A DNA stretch of 61,393 bases, filler included, from Candidatus Woesearchaeota archaeon CG1_02_57_44 (GTDB taxonomy: Archaea; Nanobdellota; Nanobdellia; Woesearchaeales; CG1-02-57-44): the NCBI GenBank assembly GCA_001871415.1. It is 4 parts of 4 records of this genome, joined end to end, with 100 filler letters (N's around TTAATTAATTAA, not from the genome) between each part and the next. Parts side by side here need not be neighbours in the genome. Positions count along the whole stretch, not along the records: positions 1 to 18,513 come from MNWW01000038.1; positions 18,614 to 40,109 come from MNWW01000057.1; 2 more parts are not named here. One strand, written 5' to 3'. The notes beneath the pieces are model-generated. The model was not told where the DNA came from. It saw only the letters and a list, made by a program, of their open reading frames with translations, and ran no database searches. Shown piece after piece: positions 9,536-19,107 of the stretch. Numbering within the stretch: the stretch's first letter is position 1; each line of letters begins with the position of its first letter. Position numbers and translations under genes: made by a program.

Positions 9536-9706
9536 CGGGATAACGCGCGGATAACGCAGTCATTGATTCCATGGCAGCCCTCCCATGCCCACCACCCCAT
9601 GGCAACCATGCCTTGTCATCCACACAATCCGCCTCTGTCCTGAAAAAGCCACCATTGCCTCCCCGCAACGCCAAGATATAAATACCTGCAGGCCCTAAAA
9701 CAGGTC

Positions 9707-10882
9707 ATGGAGATACTTACCGGACCTGATAAATTGCTGGACCTGGTACGACGTGACAAGCGCGTCGCGGTATCCAGAGCAGCCAAGGAACTCAAGGTTG
9801 GCGCTGAGACCATCAAGGAATGGGCGCGGTTCCTGGAAGAGGGCGATATGATCAGCACAGAATACGGCCTTTCCCAGATGTTCCTTATCGAGCGTCAGCT
9901 CAGCAAGAAGGAAGTAGCCAAGAAGCTCAAGGACTATGAAGGCCATCGCGACGCGTTCCAACGCAAGATCGAGGCGAGCATCAGCGGCCTGCATGAGCAA
10001 TCAGGCCTTATCAAGGAGTTCCAGGACGAGTTTTCAGCGCTACGAAAGCGGCTTGGCTCTGAAATGGGAAAAGTGGGCAAAGAGCTCTCGCAGCTGCAGG
10101 CGTATCAGGATGCCAAGCGAGGACTGGAAAAAACCTGGCGGGAATCCCATAAAGCGCATGAGCAGGAAGCCAATGAGGCCAAAGCAGGACTCAAGGATGA
10201 TGTCATGCGCATCGAACAGTTGCTTTCCAGCCTTCGTGAAGAGCGCTCATCCATCACCAAGGACAACAAATCTGTGGCAGAGGACCTGAATGCCGAGGCG
10301 GCCATCATGGAGCGCATCAACGCCCTGGGCAAGGAACTCGCGCAGGCAGGCAAACGAGCGCAAGGAAAGAGTGAGGAGCTTCAAAGGATCGAGTCGCATC
10401 TGTCAGCGCTCGAGCAGCAGGCCGGCAAGCTACTGACTGGCCTGGAGCGACGCAAAGCCAAGACCCTAGACGCTATCGAAGAGAAACAAGCGAAGCAGGA
10501 TGAGCGCATCAAAGCTGCTGAAGAAGCACTGCTGACCAAGATGCGCGAAGCGGAGCAGGCATATGCTGCATCGCAGGGTAAGCTTGACGGCCTCGCGCAG
10601 GACGCGGAGCGCTTCCTCAAGCGCAAGCAGGACATCGAGCAGCTGCTCAGTGGCATAGACCATGATGAGCACGAGCTGGAAAAGGAGCTGACTGAACTGT
10701 TCAAGAAGACACAGATAGTCTCCTTCCTATCATCGAAGCAGGACGGCAAGAAATACCTCAAGGAACTCGACTCGCAGTACAATCGCCTGGACAAGAAGCG
10801 GGACTCGCTACGTGACAAGGTGCATGAGCTTCTCTCCCGCATCACCGACCATGGCAAAACGGACAGCAAAAAAAAGGGGTGA
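9707..10882 (+). CDS. Long coiled-coil protein with N-terminal wHTH-like domain, pilus-operon associated
   Basis: N-terminal AVSRAAKELKVGAETIKEWARFLEEGDMI, then about 300 aa of E/K/L-rich heptads; overlaps the ATPase start; TATAAATA upstream. Confidence 0.75.
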   Translation: MEILTGPDKLLDLVRRDKRVAVSRAAKELKVGAETIKEWARFLEEGDMISTEYGLSQMFLIERQLSKKEVAKKLKDYEGHRDAFQRKIEASISGLHEQSGLIKEFQDEFSALRKRLGSEMGKVGKELSQLQAYQDAKRGLEKTWRESHKAHEQEANEAKAGLKDDVMRIEQLLSSLREERSSITKDNKSVAEDLNAEAAIMERINALGKELAQAGKRAQGKSEELQRIESHLSALEQQAGKLLTGLERRKAKTLDAIEEKQAKQDERIKAAEEALLTKMREAEQAYAASQGKLDGLAQDAERFLKRKQDIEQLLSGIDHDEHELEKELTELFKKTQIVSFLSSKQDGKKYLKELDSQYNRLDKKRDSLRDKVHELLSRITDHGKTDSKKKG

Positions 10883-12380
10883 ACCAAAATCGGCGAAGTC
10901 GTCGAGCGTTCTAGACAGCTACAGCTTTCAGGCAGGCAACATCCCCATCAGCATACGCATCTCCCAGAAGCCAGGGGAGTACGTGCCTATCTACGAGGTG
11001 AACATCTCCCACATCAGCCCGACCACTGAGGGCATTCTTGAACGCATCCGCCAGGAGCTCATCAAACAAGTCAATCTAGGCATGGTCGATATCACTGATG
11101 AGAAAAAAGGCACCATCATCGAGGACCGTTTCAAGGAGACCATCACGGTCCTGGTCAGGAAATATTTTCCAGATGTGGACACGGAGACAGAAGGTTTTCT
11201 CATCACCTACCTTATCGCGAAAGCGCTTGGTCTTGGCTCGCTGGAACTGCTGATGCAGGACGCGAATCTTGAAGAGATAGTAGTCAATACCACTGATGAA
11301 CCGGTCTGGGTCTATCACAAGCGCTTCGAATGGCTCAAGACCAACATCACGCTCAGCAACGAGGAAGAGACCAGACACTACGCGGCCACCATCGGCCGCA
11401 AGATAGGCAGGCAGATAACTATCCTGCAACCGTTGCTTGACGCGCACCTCACGAGCGGCGATAGGGTCAATGCCACGCTGCATCCCATCAGCACCAAGGG
11501 CAACACCATCACCATCAGGAAGTTCAGCAAGGATCCTTGGACCATAACAAGGTTCATTGAATCTGGCACGATCTCGCCCAGGGCGGTCGCGCTCATATGG
11601 CTCGCTATCCAGTATGAGATGAGCATCCTCATCGCCGGAGGAACAGCCAGCGGCAAGACATCGACACTCAATTGCCTGGCCAGTTTTTTTCCACCTAACC
11701 AGCGCATCATCACCATCGAGGATACGCGGGAGATCATGCTGCCCGTATTTTTGCACTGGGTCCCCATGGTCACGAGGCTGCCTAATCCCGAGGGCAAGGG
11801 CGAACTAACCATGGGCAATCTGCTGGTCAATTCCCTGCGCATGCGCCCAGACAGGATCCTGGTCGGAGAAGTACGACGCAAGGCTGAATCAGAGACGCTC
11901 TTTGAGGCCATCCACACGGGCCACAGCGTCTACGCCACCATCCACGCCAACAGCGCCCAGGAGACGGTCGATCGGCTGACCACGCCGCCCATTGACGTCC
12001 CACCCATCCTGATTCCCGCCATCTCCCTTATCGTCGTGCAGCTGCGCAACCGCCGCACGGGCGCGCGCAGGACATTCCAGATAGCGGAAGTGCTGCCGGA
12101 CGCGAGTATCAATGTGCTCATGCAATATGACCCGCGGAAGGATGTGCTCGTAGAGAAGAGCAAGTCCAAGGCGTTCCTTGAAACATTGCGATTATTCACC
12201 GGGTATTCCGCTACGGATGTGGAAAAAGACCTGCAAGAGAAGATAAAAGTGCTCGAGTACCTTGTCAAGCAAAAGATAAGCAGCGTCAATGATGTCGGCC
12301 ACATCGTGGCCATGTACTATACGGACAAGAAGCAGCTGTTCTCCTGCATCAAGAACAATACGTGCATACGGAGGAGCTGA
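10851..12380 (+). CDS. Type IV pilus/type II secretion assembly ATPase (TadA/VirB11/ArlI family)
   Basis: Walker A GGTASGKT, TIEDTRE Asp box, LRMRPDRILVGEVR, TGH...TIHA His box. Confidence 0.93.
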   Translation: MAKRTAKKRGEPKSAKSSSVLDSYSFQAGNIPISIRISQKPGEYVPIYEVNISHISPTTEGILERIRQELIKQVNLGMVDITDEKKGTIIEDRFKETITVLVRKYFPDVDTETEGFLITYLIAKALGLGSLELLMQDANLEEIVVNTTDEPVWVYHKRFEWLKTNITLSNEEETRHYAATIGRKIGRQITILQPLLDAHLTSGDRVNATLHPISTKGNTITIRKFSKDPWTITRFIESGTISPRAVALIWLAIQYEMSILIAGGTASGKTSTLNCLASFFPPNQRIITIEDTREIMLPVFLHWVPMVTRLPNPEGKGELTMGNLLVNSLRMRPDRILVGEVRRKAESETLFEAIHTGHSVYATIHANSAQETVDRLTTPPIDVPPILIPAISLIVVQLRNRRTGARRTFQIAEVLPDASINVLMQYDPRKDVLVEKSKSKAFLETLRLFTGYSATDVEKDLQEKIKVLEYLVKQKISSVNDVGHIVAMYYTDKKQLFSCIKNNTCIRRS

Positions 12381-12381
12381 C

Positions 12382-13179
12382 ATGTTCCTCACGTCGCTGC
12401 TCGCGCGCCGCATCCCTGACCTGAAGCTTCGCCTGCTGCAGGCGCGCATGCCGGATACGCCAGAGCAGTATGTCGCCAAGTCGCTCAATGGCGCGTTCGT
12501 GTTCTCCTTCGCCCTCGCCATGATAGCCCTGCTGTTCACCAAAAGCCCGATAGCCCTGTTGCTGGCCGTGCTGCTCACGCCGTTGCTCTTCCTCTACTTC
12601 CTCAAGTACGTGGACATGCGCGTCTTGCAGCAGCAGCGCGCCATCGGACAGGAGATCGTGTTCGCCGGAAGGTTTTTGCTCATTGAACTCGAATCGGATG
12701 TGCCATTATTTTCCGCGTTCCAGAACCTGGCGCACAACTACAAGAACATCGGACAGTACTTCCAGGAGATAGTCGACAAGGTCAACCTTGGGACCTCGCT
12801 TGAAGACGCCCTCGCTGAGGCGCTTGAGACAAGCCCATCTGACGATCTTCGCAACCTGCTCTGGCAGACACTCAACAGCATCAAGACCGGCGCGAGCATC
12901 CGCGACAGCATGTCGGTAGCCATCGAGCAGATAGTGCGCGAGCAGCATATCCTGGTCGAGGAATACGGCAGAAAGCTCTCGCCGCTGGCCATGTTCTACA
13001 TGATGATGGCCGTCATCGCGCCCAGCCTTGGCGTCGCCATCCTCATCGTCATCGCCACCTTCATCGGCCTGCGTCTGCGCCTTCCGGTGCTGCTGACCAT
13101 GGCAGGCGGCATCGGATTCATGCAGTTCATGTTCCTTGCCATCATCAGGTCATCGCGGCCTCCGGTGGATTTTGACTGA
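12382..13179 (+). CDS. Type II secretion system F / TadC-like membrane platform protein
   Basis: Two TM helices, cytoplasmic T2SSF-like domain (FQEIVDKVNLGTSLEDAL), two C-terminal TM helices; follows the ATPase. Confidence 0.85.
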   Translation: MFLTSLLARRIPDLKLRLLQARMPDTPEQYVAKSLNGAFVFSFALAMIALLFTKSPIALLLAVLLTPLLFLYFLKYVDMRVLQQQRAIGQEIVFAGRFLLIELESDVPLFSAFQNLAHNYKNIGQYFQEIVDKVNLGTSLEDALAEALETSPSDDLRNLLWQTLNSIKTGASIRDSMSVAIEQIVREQHILVEEYGRKLSPLAMFYMMMAVIAPSLGVAILIVIATFIGLRLRLPVLLTMAGGIGFMQFMFLAIIRSSRPPVDFD

Positions 13180-13216
13180 ACCACGCCCACCTACAGGAAC
13201 CAGGAATCAACATATC

Positions 13217-14488
13217 ATGAAGCACACGACACGCAATAGAGCCCGCAGCAAACGGGCACGACCATCTGCTCGCGCAGGCAGCGCCCGCACCAGGCCAACT
13301 CGCGCGTCCACCACGACAGCCACCATACCATCACGCGCAAGAGGCACGAACAACAGGGAAGGGTCAGCTGCGCCGCCGGCGGATCCAGGAGCAGTCAGAG
13401 CACCAGAGATCGCGACCAATCAGGCAAGCGCGCAGTCCAATAGACAGAAGTATCATCACGATAGACGCGCCAAGCCCGCACGGAAAAAATCCCTGCTGCT
13501 TGACAGCGTCGCCCGGCGCAGAAGGCTCGCGTCCCAACTGGAGAAAGCGGGGCTTGGACATCTGCCCCCCGTGCGGGTGTCACTGCGGCTCTTCCAGCTC
13601 AGCGTCGGCATACTTTTTTTCCTGAGTGTCTGGATACTGATACAGGCAATCCCCTTCAAGCCAAACCCCTACGCCGCCGCATTCTTCATCCTGGGCCTGT
13701 GGACGGCCGTGCTCTTGCTCGTGCTCCTGATGGTCTGGTTCGTCTTCCTGGCGTACCTTGACGTGCGCACCTATCAGCGGACCAAAGCAGTCGAAGAAGT
13801 CTTACCTGATTTCCTGCAATACACGGCATCGAACATCAGCGCCGGCATGTCCATTGACCGCGCGCTCTGGTATGCGGTACGGCCACGCTTCGGCGTGTTC
13901 GCCAAAGAGATAGAGGATGTGGCCAAATCCACTATCTCCGGCGAGGAGCTCAGCTCTGCCTTGACGCGCTTCGCCAACAAGTATGATTCTGTCACGTTGC
14001 AACGCAGCATCAACCTGCTGCTTGAAGGCATGGCAGCAGGAGGCCAGCTGGCGGATCTGCTCAATAAGATAAGCATGAACCTGCGCGAGACGCGCATCAT
14101 GAAAAAGCAGATGTCCGCGAACATCACCACGTACGTCATCTTCATCAATTTCGCCACACTCATCGCCGCCCCCTTCCTGTTCGCGCTTTCGACGCAGCTC
14201 GCGACCATCATCCAGGACCTTATCGGCACGCTAGTCATCGACAAGAGCTCGTCGTCCATGAGCACGCTGCAGCTATCAGCCGACGTGGTATCGGTGCATG
14301 AGTTCCGCATCTTCTGCATGGTGGTGCTGACATTGAGCGCCGTCTTCTCCACGCTCATCACGGGCACCATCAAGAAGGGCAATGCCCGAGAGAGTATGCT
14401 GAACATCCCCACGAATATCGCCATAACCTTGGGACTTTACCTGATAGCCACCAAAGTGCTTTCCACCATGCTGGGCTCGTTTTTCTGA
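13217..14488 (+). CDS. Second T2SSF/TadC-like membrane protein with basic low-complexity N-terminus
   Basis: VEEVLPDFLQYTASNISAGMSIDRAL and FGVFAKEI motifs; about five TM segments. Confidence 0.85.
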   Translation: MKHTTRNRARSKRARPSARAGSARTRPTRASTTTATIPSRARGTNNREGSAAPPADPGAVRAPEIATNQASAQSNRQKYHHDRRAKPARKKSLLLDSVARRRRLASQLEKAGLGHLPPVRVSLRLFQLSVGILFFLSVWILIQAIPFKPNPYAAAFFILGLWTAVLLLVLLMVWFVFLAYLDVRTYQRTKAVEEVLPDFLQYTASNISAGMSIDRALWYAVRPRFGVFAKEIEDVAKSTISGEELSSALTRFANKYDSVTLQRSINLLLEGMAAGGQLADLLNKISMNLRETRIMKKQMSANITTYVIFINFATLIAAPFLFALSTQLATIIQDLIGTLVIDKSSSSMSTLQLSADVVSVHEFRIFCMVVLTLSAVFSTLITGTIKKGNARESMLNIPTNIAITLGLYLIATKVLSTMLGSFF

Positions 14489-14765
14489 GACCGTCTGATC
14501 GCGCCTGTCCTGACCAGAGAATGAGAGCGGATGCCCCCCCTTAAGGCATGGCAGACCATATGTCTGCACCTACGGAAGCATCCAGATGCCAGAAACTGCT
14601 GAATATCGCACCAATAATGCAACATAACACACCCTACCAGGACATTTATTTCGTAAAACTCTATGAAATCGACAGCACCACCACGGAAACGTATACTGAT
14701 ATACGAAAAGTTTATATAGTTCTGCCCCGAAAAAAGAGCAAAATATAACCAAAGAGGTGAAATTT

Positions 14766-15233
14766 ATGGATAACAAAGGCCAGGCAGCCATGGAGTTCCT
14801 CATGACCTATGGCTGGGCAATTATCGTGGTCCTTGCGGCCATAGGGGCTCTCGCGTATTTCGGAGTCCTGAGCCCGACCACGATACTGCCACAGCGCACC
14901 ACGTTTCCGTCACCTCTGCCCAACATCGACGTAGCATCCGTGAGCGCGCTGTCAGACAGTGTCGAAGTCGCGTTCACCAACAATGTCGGCTACACCATCG
15001 ATGTCATCTCGGCAGGGGCTGCGGCTACCGATGACTGCGGCGGAACAGTCGCGCTGGAGAACCCACCGACAAATGTAGTGAATGGCGCCAAGTTCAAGGT
15101 GAACTGGTCATGCGGCGGCGGTGTCACAGCAGGCAAGTTCAAGTCTGACTTGACCTTCTCGTACACCAACGACTACACCAACCAGACGCACCAGCATAGT
15201 GGCTCTGTCGCGGGCAACGCTGTCTCCAGTTAA
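14766..15233 (+). CDS. Probable major pilin
   Basis: NKG|QAAMEFLMTYGWAIIVVLAAIGALAYFGVLSP; own TTTATATA box (about 14711), GAGGTGA RBS and a T-rich terminator. Confidence 0.88.
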   Translation: MDNKGQAAMEFLMTYGWAIIVVLAAIGALAYFGVLSPTTILPQRTTFPSPLPNIDVASVSALSDSVEVAFTNNVGYTIDVISAGAAATDDCGGTVALENPPTNVVNGAKFKVNWSCGGGVTAGKFKSDLTFSYTNDYTNQTHQHSGSVAGNAVSS

Positions 15234-15246
15234 TCTGAGACAGTAC

Positions 15247-15276
15247 ATTTTTATTTTTCCTTCTCTTTTCTTTTCT
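15247..15276 (+). terminator. Oligo-T archaeal terminator
   Basis: TTTTTTATTTTTCCTTCTCTTTTCTTTTCT immediately after the pilin stop. Confidence 0.65.
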
Positions 15277-15277
15277 C

Positions 15278-16006
15278 ATGACAAAGCAAGCATCTCATCC
15301 TGACAAGCATCCATCGCACTTCTCGTCCATGACCGACGCATCCCATTCGCCTGCACCCACGGCAACCGCTGGCAAGCCAGACGCCAACCCTGACGCCGCA
15401 CGGTTCGCGCAACTGCAATCACTCATCCGACGGCTGCGCGGACCTGGCGGCTGTCCCTGGGACCGCGAGCAGACCCTGCAGGGCCTTGGCATCGACCTGC
15501 TCGACGAAGCCATCGAAGCTCAAGCCGCTATCGCCAATGACGATATGGCTGAGCTCAAGGAAGAGCTTGGCGATGTCATCTGGGCCGCCATCATGACCGC
15601 GGAAATCGCGCAGGAGCAAGGACTTTTTTCCGTGGATGAATCAATGGCAGCAGCCTGCGCAAAACTCGTGCACAGGCACCCGCACATCTTTGGGGATCAG
15701 AAGGCAGGCAACGCAGAGGAAGCACTCACCATCTTCTACGCGCAAAAAGCCAAGGAAGGCAGGAAGCCAAAGGAGCGGCTGAGCAGGGGAAGCGATGCTC
15801 ACCAGGACAGCATGGCCGCGGCGGAAGCGACGCTACGCGACGCTTTTGTCGCATACCTGAGGGACGGCACCATAGAGCAGCTGGCGGACCTGGCAGAGCT
15901 GTGCAATGTAGTGGCCGCCCACCATCAGAAAGACCTGAGCACGGTCAGGGATGAGCGCGCCAAGGACGCAGGAGCATACCCTCTGCCAGGCGCAGTGCGA
16001 CGATAG
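15278..16006 (+). CDS. mazG: MazG-family nucleoside triphosphate pyrophosphohydrolase with C-terminal extension
   Basis: LRGPGGCPWDREQT, LKEELGD and KLVHRHPHIFG motifs; the true start may be downstream. Confidence 0.85.
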   Translation: MTKQASHPDKHPSHFSSMTDASHSPAPTATAGKPDANPDAARFAQLQSLIRRLRGPGGCPWDREQTLQGLGIDLLDEAIEAQAAIANDDMAELKEELGDVIWAAIMTAEIAQEQGLFSVDESMAAACAKLVHRHPHIFGDQKAGNAEEALTIFYAQKAKEGRKPKERLSRGSDAHQDSMAAAEATLRDAFVAYLRDGTIEQLADLAELCNVVAAHHQKDLSTVRDERAKDAGAYPLPGAVRR

Positions 16007-16080
16007 GACATCCTTAGGAGACCATCCTTGGGAAACCATCATTGGCCCGTCCTACCTCCCCTGCACCGCATTTCAAACGC

Positions 16081-17403
16081 TCAATGCCTGCGATGCAAGT
16101 GGTCCCAGGCAAGTCTCATGACACTGCCCACTTGGTCCTCATCCCAGCCCTGCGTCAGCAACTGCTGCCTGGCCACATCCCAAGAATAGCCAACCTGTGC
16201 CGTCCTCACGACGTAGGTCACTGCTTGCCTCACTGCCGGGTCCTGTGCGTCAAGCAACGCCGTGCCCGATGCTGGCGCAGGAGCAAGCAGCTTTTGCACC
16301 AGCAACCCTCCCAACAGCATGGTGAAGCCGAACGCGATGAGGAAGAATACCCACGGATGTCCAGCAGGTGATGATAAGGATGCCTCTTGCCCATGCGATG
16401 ACCATGATGTCTCCTGCGCAGGCATCTGGGCTGAGGCCGACGCGGCATCGCCCTGAGGGAACTGCTGGGCAAGCGGCACTATCGCTGCCCGGGCAGGAGG
16501 GGAGGCCAACGGAGCATCGGGCTGCGGGAGCTGGGCAGATGCGCCGTCCTGCTCTGACGCGGCTCCTGGTTCAGATGGCGCGTCATATCGCGCAAACCCG
16601 CTGTACAGGTCATACTCATCAAGCCCCGTAGCCACAGCATCGGCATCCTGTGGGCCGTAACCATCTGACGATGACGCTGGCATGGTGGTCGATGCCGGGG
16701 CATCAGCAGGATCGCTTGCGCTGATACTCAGATCATCCCACACCATATTACCGTGCGCGTCCCGCGCAACAGCCCTGATGACATGCATGCCCGGGGCCTT
16801 GAACGTGTAGTCGACCTGCGCGCCGAACCGTACATCACTCGTATCGATATGCCACTCCACCCCTACCGCATCATTGTCCGGATCAGTGACCTGCGCGCTC
16901 AGATGCACGGTCAGCGGAGAGCTGCCTGACCGGGGCGATGCGTCTATCCGCAGGATTGGCGGGCGGTTAGGCGATACTACCTGCACCAGCAAGGACGCTG
17001 TCGCTGTCTGAACGCGGTCAGAGACAGCAAAGCGCAGGAGATGCTCTCCGATGTCCTGCTCTGCGGTCTGCCAATAGAATGCCCCGGTTTGCCCATCAAA
17101 TGTAGCGTCCTCTGGAAGATTATCGGAGACATAGGTCAATGCCTGCCCTTCCGGGTCAGCGGCCTGCACCTGGAACGCTAAGGGCTGGCCAGCGTCGATA
17201 CGCACATCAGCCAAAGGCCCGATGACCGGCGGGAGATTGATGGGTTCACCTTCCGGTCCCGCAGTCTGCACGGCGCTTCCGATGCTCCCCGGGCCCGCGA
17301 ACAGATACAGTGGAACGAGTGTCGAGAGCACCAGCAGCAAACCCACTACCTGCGTCCATACCTTGCCGCGTCCCTTGCTGAGGGGTCTGCTGCTTGCTGA
17401 CAT
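16081..17403 (-). CDS. Membrane-anchored Ig-like/PKD-domain surface protein
   Basis: N-terminal TM; AADPEGQALTY...FDGQTGAFYW Ig-like repeat; SGSSPLTVHL...YTFKAPG PKD domain; second TM; C-terminal GYSWDVARQQLLTQGWDEDQV. Confidence 0.8.
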   Translation of the reverse strand: MSASSRPLSKGRGKVWTQVVGLLLVLSTLVPLYLFAGPGSIGSAVQTAGPEGEPINLPPVIGPLADVRIDAGQPLAFQVQAADPEGQALTYVSDNLPEDATFDGQTGAFYWQTAEQDIGEHLLRFAVSDRVQTATASLLVQVVSPNRPPILRIDASPRSGSSPLTVHLSAQVTDPDNDAVGVEWHIDTSDVRFGAQVDYTFKAPGMHVIRAVARDAHGNMVWDDLSISASDPADAPASTTMPASSSDGYGPQDADAVATGLDEYDLYSGFARYDAPSEPGAASEQDGASAQLPQPDAPLASPPARAAIVPLAQQFPQGDAASASAQMPAQETSWSSHGQEASLSSPAGHPWVFFLIAFGFTMLLGGLLVQKLLAPAPASGTALLDAQDPAVRQAVTYVVRTAQVGYSWDVARQQLLTQGWDEDQVGSVMRLAWDHLHRRH

Positions 17404-17513
17404 CCATGCAATCCTGGGGTCGAAGATATATAAACATGACGGATGCGGGTGCGTGCTACGCTCCATGCACATCTGCGCAGGAGCGCACGGCCCCTGCCAG
17501 CGCAAACGTCGCA

Positions 17514-17567
17514 ACCTGAACAATCGACACCTAGACGATTGACACCTGAACAATCGACACCTGAACG
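17514..17567. repeat. 15-bp tandem repeat (about 3.6 copies) between divergent promoters
   Basis: ACCTGAACAATCGAC / ACCTAGACGATTGAC / ACCTGAACAATCGAC / ACCTGAACG. Confidence 0.8.
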
Positions 17568-17644
17568 CCTCATGCGGATACCGCGGGCTTTCACCGAAAC
17601 CTTTATATCATTCGCACCAATACGTCTCCCAGGGGGGAGTAGAC

Positions 17645-18283
17645 GTGAAAGCAGTTCTCTTTGACTTTTGGGGCACACTGGTGGAAAATGGCGTGTATCC
17701 TAGCCCGGTGCGGCAGGTACGACGCGTCATGGGACTACGGGACACGCCATTCCCTGAATTCATCACGACGTTCGAGCATAGTTTTATGACCAAGCGATTC
17801 GCCACGCTCAAGGACGCATTCGAGGAGTCAGCGAAAGCATTCGGCCTTGAGCCCAGTATACCGATGATAGAGAGCCTTATTGGCATGTGGAACAAGAACA
17901 CCTTGCTCGCCAAGCTCTATCCTGAATCAACCGATGTCCTGCTACGGCTCAAGGAGAAAGGGGTCAAGATAGGGCTGGTCAGCAACACGGACAGCTTCTC
18001 AGTCACAGCCGTGCTCGAGAAATACAAGCTGCCTGAGCTCTTTGACCACATCAATCTCAGCTGCGATGCCGGCATGCTCAAGAGCGACCCGGAGATGTTC
18101 GCTACCTCCCTAAAGGCCCTTGGCGTGTCCAAGGACGACGCCGTCATGGTAGGGGACTCCATGGAGTCGGACATCCTCGGCGCCCAGGCAGCAGGCATCA
18201 GAGCGATCCTCATCGACAGGCGCAACCGCAGGGAGTACGAAGACAAGATACTCAACCTGGCCGAACTGGAGCGCATGGCATGA
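17645..18283 (+). CDS. HAD-superfamily hydrolase
   Basis: AVLFDFWGTL, LVSNT, K.DP..F and MVGDSMESDILGAQAAG motifs. Confidence 0.92.
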   Translation: MKAVLFDFWGTLVENGVYPSPVRQVRRVMGLRDTPFPEFITTFEHSFMTKRFATLKDAFEESAKAFGLEPSIPMIESLIGMWNKNTLLAKLYPESTDVLLRLKEKGVKIGLVSNTDSFSVTAVLEKYKLPELFDHINLSCDAGMLKSDPEMFATSLKALGVSKDDAVMVGDSMESDILGAQAAGIRAILIDRRNRREYEDKILNLAELERMA

Positions 18284-18513
18284 GCTGCATCTTCTGCAAG
18301 ATAGCCAATGGAGATCTCCCCTCTGACATGGTCCTTGAGAGTGAGCAGGTCGTGGCGTTCCTGGACATCAACCCGTCAGCAAAAGGTCATGCGCTGGTAG
18401 TCCCTGTGACGCACGTGGAGGACCTGACAGCGCTCGACGATACCCTTGTCTCCGCGGTCTTCTCGACCGCTCGCGAGGTCGGCAAGGCGTTGATGGACAC
18501 CCTCGGCTGCGAG
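18280..18513 (+). CDS. HIT-family protein (truncated by assembly gap)
   Basis: MSCIFCKIANG, AFLDINP, GHALVVP. Confidence 0.88.
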
Positions 18514-18613
18514 NNNNNNNNNNNNNNNNNNNNNNNNNNNNNNNNNNNNNNNNNNNNTTAATTAATTAANNNNNNNNNNNNNNNNNNNNNNNNNNNNNNN
18601 NNNNNNNNNNNNN
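18514..18613. other. Contig-join spacer (artificial)
   Basis: Ns flanking the TTAATTAATTAA all-frame stop linker. Confidence 0.97.
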
Positions 18614-18717
18614 TTGCCCTGAGCAACCACCTTCGGCAAGTCATCGATAAGGCCCATCAGATACCCCCTACAATATTGTGAATCAGATTCTTTTATAAAG
18701 GTTCCTACAATATCGTC

Positions 18718-18990
18718 ATGGGGAAGCGTAGCCACTATGAGATCCAGAAGGGCATCGTCTTGTTATTGCGCGAGAAGCCACTTTCTTACACCAAGCTGCA
18801 GACAAAGCTAGGGACGAACTATAACACCATAAAGAACCATCTGGATGAGCTAGAGACGCTCGATATCATAAAAAAAATCGTCCAGCAAGAGCACCCGGAG
18901 AACGGCCAGCCATCAACCATAGCCGAGCTGACGCCTAGGGGCCAGGAGGCTGCGAAGAGGATGGAATCCAAGAGAACCAAGCAGCAGTAG
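18718..18990 (+). CDS. Winged-helix DNA-binding protein
   Basis: LSYTKLQTKLGTNYNTIKNHLDELE and ELTPRG; TTTTATAA box upstream. Confidence 0.8.
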   Translation: MGKRSHYEIQKGIVLLLREKPLSYTKLQTKLGTNYNTIKNHLDELETLDIIKKIVQQEHPENGQPSTIAELTPRGQEAAKRMESKRTKQQ

Positions 18991-19107
18991 CTCGGAAATA
19001 TTGCGGATTATTTCGGCAAACATTAATAAACGAGCATACAATTATCGTGCTTAATCATACCCGCTGGCGTTCAAAGGCTGGACGTCAGTTAATTATTTTT
19101 CAAGGCA

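Noticed and set aside
9530..9556. GGATAACG three times after the last minor pilin
   Set aside because: Too short and irregular to support a function; probably slippage at the gene end.
4229..15233. Archaellum operon
   Set aside because: No archaellin-type N-termini and no ArlH/ArlF/ArlG; two TadC-like genes fit a pilus.
18514..18613. TTAATTAATTAA palindrome recurring three times
   Set aside because: Always centred in 100-nt N blocks; an artificial contig linker.
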